Notes under the pieces: model-generated | Databases searched by the model: none | The model's input: the letters and a program-made list of their open reading frames with translations, nothing else | What the model was told of the DNA's origin: nothing | Made by a program: the position numbers and the translations under genes | Part shown: positions 59,570-64,000 of the stretch, one piece after another | Layout of the letters: each line of letters starts with the position of its first letter | Position numbering within the stretch: the first letter of the stretch is position 1 | Virus record (IMG/VR): IMGVR_UViG_3300032236_000718 | Span: 64,001-128,000 of that record | Strand: one strand, 5' to 3' | Source of the DNA: a virus | DNA length: 64,000 nt

Positions 59570-60438
59570 TGGCAACCTTACAAACTTCTGGTACAATATC
59601 TATAAGTGATATTAAGTCTGTATTTTCTTCTATTAATGCAAATGACTTAAATTCATATAGAGGAAAGCCATGGTATAGACCATCCGATGGTGCTACAGGG
59701 AACTTTCCTGTTGCTCCAGCATCTATAGGTATGTCCTGCTTTTATGGAAAGACACAGTTAAATGCAACAGTCACTATATCAACAAGTCAAAACAACGTAA
59801 AGATAAAGTGCTTAATACCGGGGTATGTTGCTGGCCAGACTACTGCTATTGTCACTGTTAATTCTGGTGTCTTTATAGGAAGTAGTAGTTCTGCTAATCC
59901 ATCCATGTATCTCTGCTTCCAAGGATCTGATAATATCATTATTATTAATAATGGTAATATATTTGGTGCAGGTGGAGGTGGCGGATCTGGTGGTTACGGT
60001 GATGCGTCACCTCCTGGAGGGACTGGTGGAACTGGAGGAACTGCAATCTGCGCTACAAATGCTAGAGGCGGTGTTTCAATCATAAATAATGGGTATATCT
60101 CCGGAGGCGGAGGCGGCGGAGGCGGCGGAAGCGGTTATAAACTATTTAATGGTGGTTATTGTCAAAGTTATACATCGCATCAAGGATCTAGTGGATCAGG
60201 CGGTGCTGGAGTTGTTCCAGGCGGAGGTTCAAACGCAGGATTTACATATACAGGTGGAGGTAGAACAGGTGGTTGTGAATATGGTGGAGCAGGTGGTAAC
60301 TTAGGTTTAGCGGGATCTCCTGGTGGTGGTACTTATCCTGGTGCTGGTGGCTGTGCAGGATATTATATAAAAGGAATAGCTAATCTGAAAGGCGGAGCAC
60401 TTCAGGGAAGCGGAACAAAAGGCGGTAGAGTAGCATGA
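59569..60438 (+). CDS. Gly-rich receptor-binding adhesin, gp38 (T2/S16-type)-like
   Basis: IINNGNIFGAGGGGG, GG.AI, IINNGYISGGGGGGGG polyglycine motifs; directly follows the S74 fibre. Confidence 0.75.
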   Translation: MATLQTSGTISISDIKSVFSSINANDLNSYRGKPWYRPSDGATGNFPVAPASIGMSCFYGKTQLNATVTISTSQNNVKIKCLIPGYVAGQTTAIVTVNSGVFIGSSSSANPSMYLCFQGSDNIIIINNGNIFGAGGGGGSGGYGDASPPGGTGGTGGTAICATNARGGVSIINNGYISGGGGGGGGGSGYKLFNGGYCQSYTSHQGSSGSGGAGVVPGGGSNAGFTYTGGGRTGGCEYGGAGGNLGLAGSPGGGTYPGAGGCAGYYIKGIANLKGGALQGSGTKGGRVA

Positions 60439-60833
60439 AGACTTTAACATTTAAGATACTAGAGTATCTTGCAGAAACAAATTCTGTACTAGTTTCATAT
60501 GCGTCAGACGAAACTGAGAAGACAGTCGATGACTATCCTCCTGTTCATATAGAGCTATGCCATTTAAATGCTAGTACTGCTGAAGAATATTTAAAAGAAA
60601 TAGCACGCGCCGGAAAAGGGCATGTTGAAAATATATTAATAAAAGAAAACTTTGCAAGAATAGCTGATACTAAGCTATCTTCTTTAATAGAATATGTAGG
60701 AAAACCGGTTACATTTAATACATCGGATTTTATTATTACTCCTACAACTGTAGCACAACTAGTTAATAACAAAGTTGATGATAGCTTATTAATTGAAGAT
60801 ATATCAAATTCAAATACGGTGATTACACTATGA
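60435..60833 (+). CDS. Hypothetical protein
   Basis: ATGA-coupled ORF in the operon. Confidence 0.6.
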   Translation: MKTLTFKILEYLAETNSVLVSYASDETEKTVDDYPPVHIELCHLNASTAEEYLKEIARAGKGHVENILIKENFARIADTKLSSLIEYVGKPVTFNTSDFIITPTTVAQLVNNKVDDSLLIEDISNSNTVITL

Positions 60834-61405
60834 CTTTAGAGATAAGCAAATGCGTTATATTTAAAAAGTGTCAGATTTATTATGTTTATACGACAGTTCC
60901 ACCCGGTGAAGAAGCAAAACTAGATCTAGATGATAAAGTAGATAAAACTAGATATCATAAAAGACATATTTTAGTATCTGGTAATTTAAAAAACGTTCAT
61001 CCTGATTATAAATGGAATCATTGGGAAACATCTGATGATAAAACATTATTAGTTTTTCCTGATGACACTATCAATATGTCAGGAACACATTATATTAATG
61101 ATGGTAATATACCAGCTAAAGTATTATGCATACAGGCAATATCTGATAGTGTTAAAATAGACGATCAAATTGATAATCTGGAAAAATCAGTTGACTATGA
61201 GTTACTTAAGGGTAATGTATATTATATAGGTGTACCATTTATATTAAATGGTAAAACTATTTGTGAAAAGAATACAATAATAGGTTGTGAAAATTTAGGT
61301 GGTACTATAACACCAATGGATAATGGCCAGATAGTCAGATTTTTTGTTATTAATTCATCAAAAAGTGTATTTAAATACGACGAAGAAACAGGAATGATGG
61401 TGTAA
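60830..61405 (+). CDS. Hypothetical protein
   Basis: ATGA-coupled ORF in the operon; AT-rich. Confidence 0.6.
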   Translation: MTLEISKCVIFKKCQIYYVYTTVPPGEEAKLDLDDKVDKTRYHKRHILVSGNLKNVHPDYKWNHWETSDDKTLLVFPDDTINMSGTHYINDGNIPAKVLCIQAISDSVKIDDQIDNLEKSVDYELLKGNVYYIGVPFILNGKTICEKNTIIGCENLGGTITPMDNGQIVRFFVINSSKSVFKYDEETGMMV

Positions 61406-61406
61406 G

Positions 61407-62147
61407 ATGACAGTCCCAACCTCCAGAGCAGCATTTGCTGAGTTTTGCCTACGTAAACTAGGCAAGCCAGTCATTGAGATCAACATAGATCCAGATCAAG
61501 TCGATGATCGTATCGACGAGGCTCTTCGCTATTATTGGGACTACCACTTTGATGGATCAGACAAAACATACTATAAGAAAATAGTCACACAAGATGATAA
61601 AGACAATAGATACATTACGTTACCAGATAATATCATTGGTGCCGTAAATATCTTCCCTGTTGGACAGGCTCTTAATACTAATAACCTCTTCAATATACGA
61701 TATCAGATCGCATTAAACGATCTATATACACTCACTTCTGTCTCTATGGTCCCATACTATATGGCACTTACGCACATTCAATTCCTTGAACAGATGCTAG
61801 TTGGTCAGCAACCAGTCAGATATAATCGTCACATTAATAGACTCTATATAGATATGGACTGGAGTATTATAAATGTAGGAGATTATATTGTTGTTGAGGC
61901 TTATCAGATTGTAGATCCTGAGGTATACTCAAGTGTATGGTCAGATCGTTGGCTGCAAAGATATGCGTCGTGCCTAATTAAGCAGCAGTGGGGAAACAAT
62001 ATCAAGAAATATAATGGCATGCAACTTCCTGGTGGTGTTAGCTTTAATGGTCAAGCTATATTTGACGAAGCTACTGAGGAGCGTAAGGAACTAGAGCAAG
62101 AGATGATCTTTACTTACAGCTTGCCTGTAGCCGATATGATCGGATAA
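61407..62147 (+). CDS. gp13: Neck protein gp13
   Basis: CLRKLGKPVIEIN.D.DQV.DRIDEAL....DYHFDG, KQQWG.N..KY.G.QLPGGV. Confidence 0.95.
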   Translation: MTVPTSRAAFAEFCLRKLGKPVIEINIDPDQVDDRIDEALRYYWDYHFDGSDKTYYKKIVTQDDKDNRYITLPDNIIGAVNIFPVGQALNTNNLFNIRYQIALNDLYTLTSVSMVPYYMALTHIQFLEQMLVGQQPVRYNRHINRLYIDMDWSIINVGDYIVVEAYQIVDPEVYSSVWSDRWLQRYASCLIKQQWGNNIKKYNGMQLPGGVSFNGQAIFDEATEERKELEQEMIFTYSLPVADMIG

Positions 62148-62150
62148 TTT

Positions 62151-62894
62151 ATGGGTACTAATTTCTACTTTAATAATTTTGCTACGAGTGAAGAGCAGCT
62201 TCTCATCGAAGATCTCATCATTGAGTCTATACGTATCTATGGCCAAGATATGTTATATATTCCGCGTAATCTTGGAAACTATGATGGTCTTTATACATCT
62301 GACGATCAGTCATATTATAACCAATCGTTCTCAGTCGAGATGTATATTAAGTCTGTTGATGGATTTGGTGGTGATGGTAGTTTCATGTCTAAGTTTGGCT
62401 TAGAGGTCAGAGACCAAGTCGTGTTCTCAATGGCTCAAAAAGTATTTAATGATGAGATTGGTGCATTTACTAACAAAGTGCGTCCCCAAGAAGGCGACCT
62501 TATATTCTTCCCGCTAAATGGAAGAATATTCCAGATCAAGTATGTCAATAAGTTTGAGATGTTCTATCAATTAAATGCTCTACAAACTTGGGAGATGACA
62601 TGCGAGCTGTTTGAGTACTCGGATGAGTTCTTTGATACAGGTATCGATGCTATTGACTCCATACAACAAAACTATAGCACTAACGTACTCAACTGGGGTA
62701 TTCTTACAGAGGATGGTTATTATCTCATCGATGAAGGAAATAATAACTATCTAGTACAAGAGAGTTATGCTGACTTTAATCTTCCTGGTCAGATTAACCA
62801 GGAACTTAAAGATGGATCGAATAATTACCCAACAGGATCTAGCTCATTTATTGACTTCTCAGCAATGGATCCATTTAGTGATGGTACAGTATAA
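62151..62894 (+). CDS. gp14: Neck protein gp14
   Basis: EQ.L.EDL..ESI.IYG.D..Y.PR, SKFGLEVRD, RP.EGDLI.FP, CELFEYSDE.FDTG. Confidence 0.95.
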   Translation: MGTNFYFNNFATSEEQLLIEDLIIESIRIYGQDMLYIPRNLGNYDGLYTSDDQSYYNQSFSVEMYIKSVDGFGGDGSFMSKFGLEVRDQVVFSMAQKVFNDEIGAFTNKVRPQEGDLIFFPLNGRIFQIKYVNKFEMFYQLNALQTWEMTCELFEYSDEFFDTGIDAIDSIQQNYSTNVLNWGILTEDGYYLIDEGNNNYLVQESYADFNLPGQINQELKDGSNNYPTGSSSFIDFSAMDPFSDGTV

Positions 62895-63724
62895 TGTTTA
62901 GACAAACTTTTTACTTCTCACTTATAAGAAAATATGTTACCTTGTTTGGCACACTGTTTGATGATGTTGCCATATCAAGAACAGATGGAAGCGGAACCAT
63001 TAAACAGTTTATTAAAGTTCCTATTACTTATGCACAAAAAGATAAGATGCTAGCTAGGGTCTTACAAGATCCAAATATTCAAAAGCAGTCTGCTATGATC
63101 ACCATGCCTGTCATGTCATTTGAGATGACAGGACTATCATATGACTCAAATAGAAAGCTTCCGACTGTAAAGAGAGTTGCTGTAACAGATCCAACTAACG
63201 CTAATAACTTTAAGTATCAGTATAGTCCTGTCCCATATAATTTTAATTTTAGACTTTATATAGCAGTAAAGAATGTGGAAGACGGTACAAAGATAGTCGA
63301 GCAGATACTTCCATTCTTTACTCCTGACTGGACAACTACAGTCCATCTTATTCCAGAGATGGATATAACTATGGATATACCAGTCATACTAAATTCTATA
63401 AGTCATGAGGATACATTTGATGGATCTTTTAGTGAGAGACAGCATATGACTTGGACTTTAGACTTTACTCTTAGAGGGTATCTCTATGGTCCAGTTAAGT
63501 CTGGAGCAATTATTAAGTTTGCTAATACCAGCATATATGCTCCTGATGCAGCAATACCATCATCTATAGGTAATGTTACTCCTGCTACAACAACTATAAT
63601 CCAACCTGGTCTTACAGCTAATGGCCAACCGACATCTAATGCAGCAAATACTATAGATCCTAACTTGATAACTGCGACTACTAACTTTGGATTTATAACA
63701 ACAACGACAGATCTTACAACATGA
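62894..63724 (+). CDS. gp15: Tail sheath stabilizer/terminator gp15
   Basis: RKYV..FGTLF, KVPI.Y..K.K, PVPYN, EQILPFF.P, WTLDFT..GYLYGP. Confidence 0.95.
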   Translation: MFRQTFYFSLIRKYVTLFGTLFDDVAISRTDGSGTIKQFIKVPITYAQKDKMLARVLQDPNIQKQSAMITMPVMSFEMTGLSYDSNRKLPTVKRVAVTDPTNANNFKYQYSPVPYNFNFRLYIAVKNVEDGTKIVEQILPFFTPDWTTTVHLIPEMDITMDIPVILNSISHEDTFDGSFSERQHMTWTLDFTLRGYLYGPVKSGAIIKFANTSIYAPDAAIPSSIGNVTPATTTIIQPGLTANGQPTSNAANTIDPNLITATTNFGFITTTTDLTT

Positions 63725-64000
63725 CAGACTCAAGTAATAATGATTCAATTGGCAAAGCATTAAATCTAGCACCAATGAATGACCAAGTGAGACAAATAGT
63801 GGCTAAGGCACAAGATGACAGTGCATTAGCTGACTTTAACATTGCTAGAACAAATATTCACGAGATTATGCAGAATGGAACTTATGCTATTGAGAAGCTA
63901 TCCCAGATAGCCGATCAGAGTCAGCATCCCAGAGCTTTTGAAGTCCTAGGTGGTCTTTTTAAGACCATGCTAGATGCTAATAAAGATCTTATAGAGCTTC
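63721..64000 (+). CDS. gp16: Terminase small subunit gp16 (partial, runs off window)
   Basis: Manual translation MTDSSNNDSIGKAL...DFNIARTNIHEI...QSQHPRAFEVLGGLFKTMLDANKDL; ATGA overlap with gp15. Confidence 0.85.
   Translation, partial: MTDSSNNDSIGKALNLAPMNDQVRQIVAKAQDDSALADFNIARTNIHEIMQNGTYAIEKLSQIADQSQHPRAFEVLGGLFKTMLDANKDLIEL

Noticed and set aside
60100-60135. GGC/GGA microsatellite-like run as a contingency locus
   Set aside because: Encodes the expected polyglycine motif of a gp38-type adhesin, with mixed codons
1-64000. tRNA, rRNA, introns, inteins or integrase
   Set aside because: None recognisable; genes are tightly packed with only very short intergenic gaps

Overview
The window is the virion-morphogenesis (late) region of a large T4-like myovirus with cyanophage/alphaproteobacterial-phage-style gene order; the host cannot be determined from this window. 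A leftward arm (1-6776) encodes gp4, gp2, a gp54-like protein, gp26/gp51, a 3-TM holin-like protein, a tail-associated M15 peptidase and a partial tape-measure-like protein. A rightward arm encodes gp48, gp53, a gp27-like hub, a split gp5, PAAR/gp5.4, gp25, gp6, gp7, a much enlarged gp8 and a split DUF4815/VrlC-like protein. About 32 kb of fibre, adhesin and accessory genes follow (28.5-61.4 kb), then gp13, gp14, gp15 and the start of gp16. T4-type late promoters (NATAAATA) occur throughout. Strongest leads: (1) an apparent -1 programmed frameshift (T TTT TTT) fusing gp26 to a gp51 frame that lacks a suitable start; (2) a probably branched fibre/adhesin network with recurring terminal docking motifs, including two fibre/LamG-lectin pairs in which each lectin carries three copies of a docking-like motif; (3) strong Asn and N-X-S/T enrichment in outer virion proteins, suggesting virion N-glycosylation; (4) a Cys-led, membrane-anchored C-terminal domain on the first half of the split DUF4815 protein. 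All family assignments come from motif recognition by eye, not from database searches.
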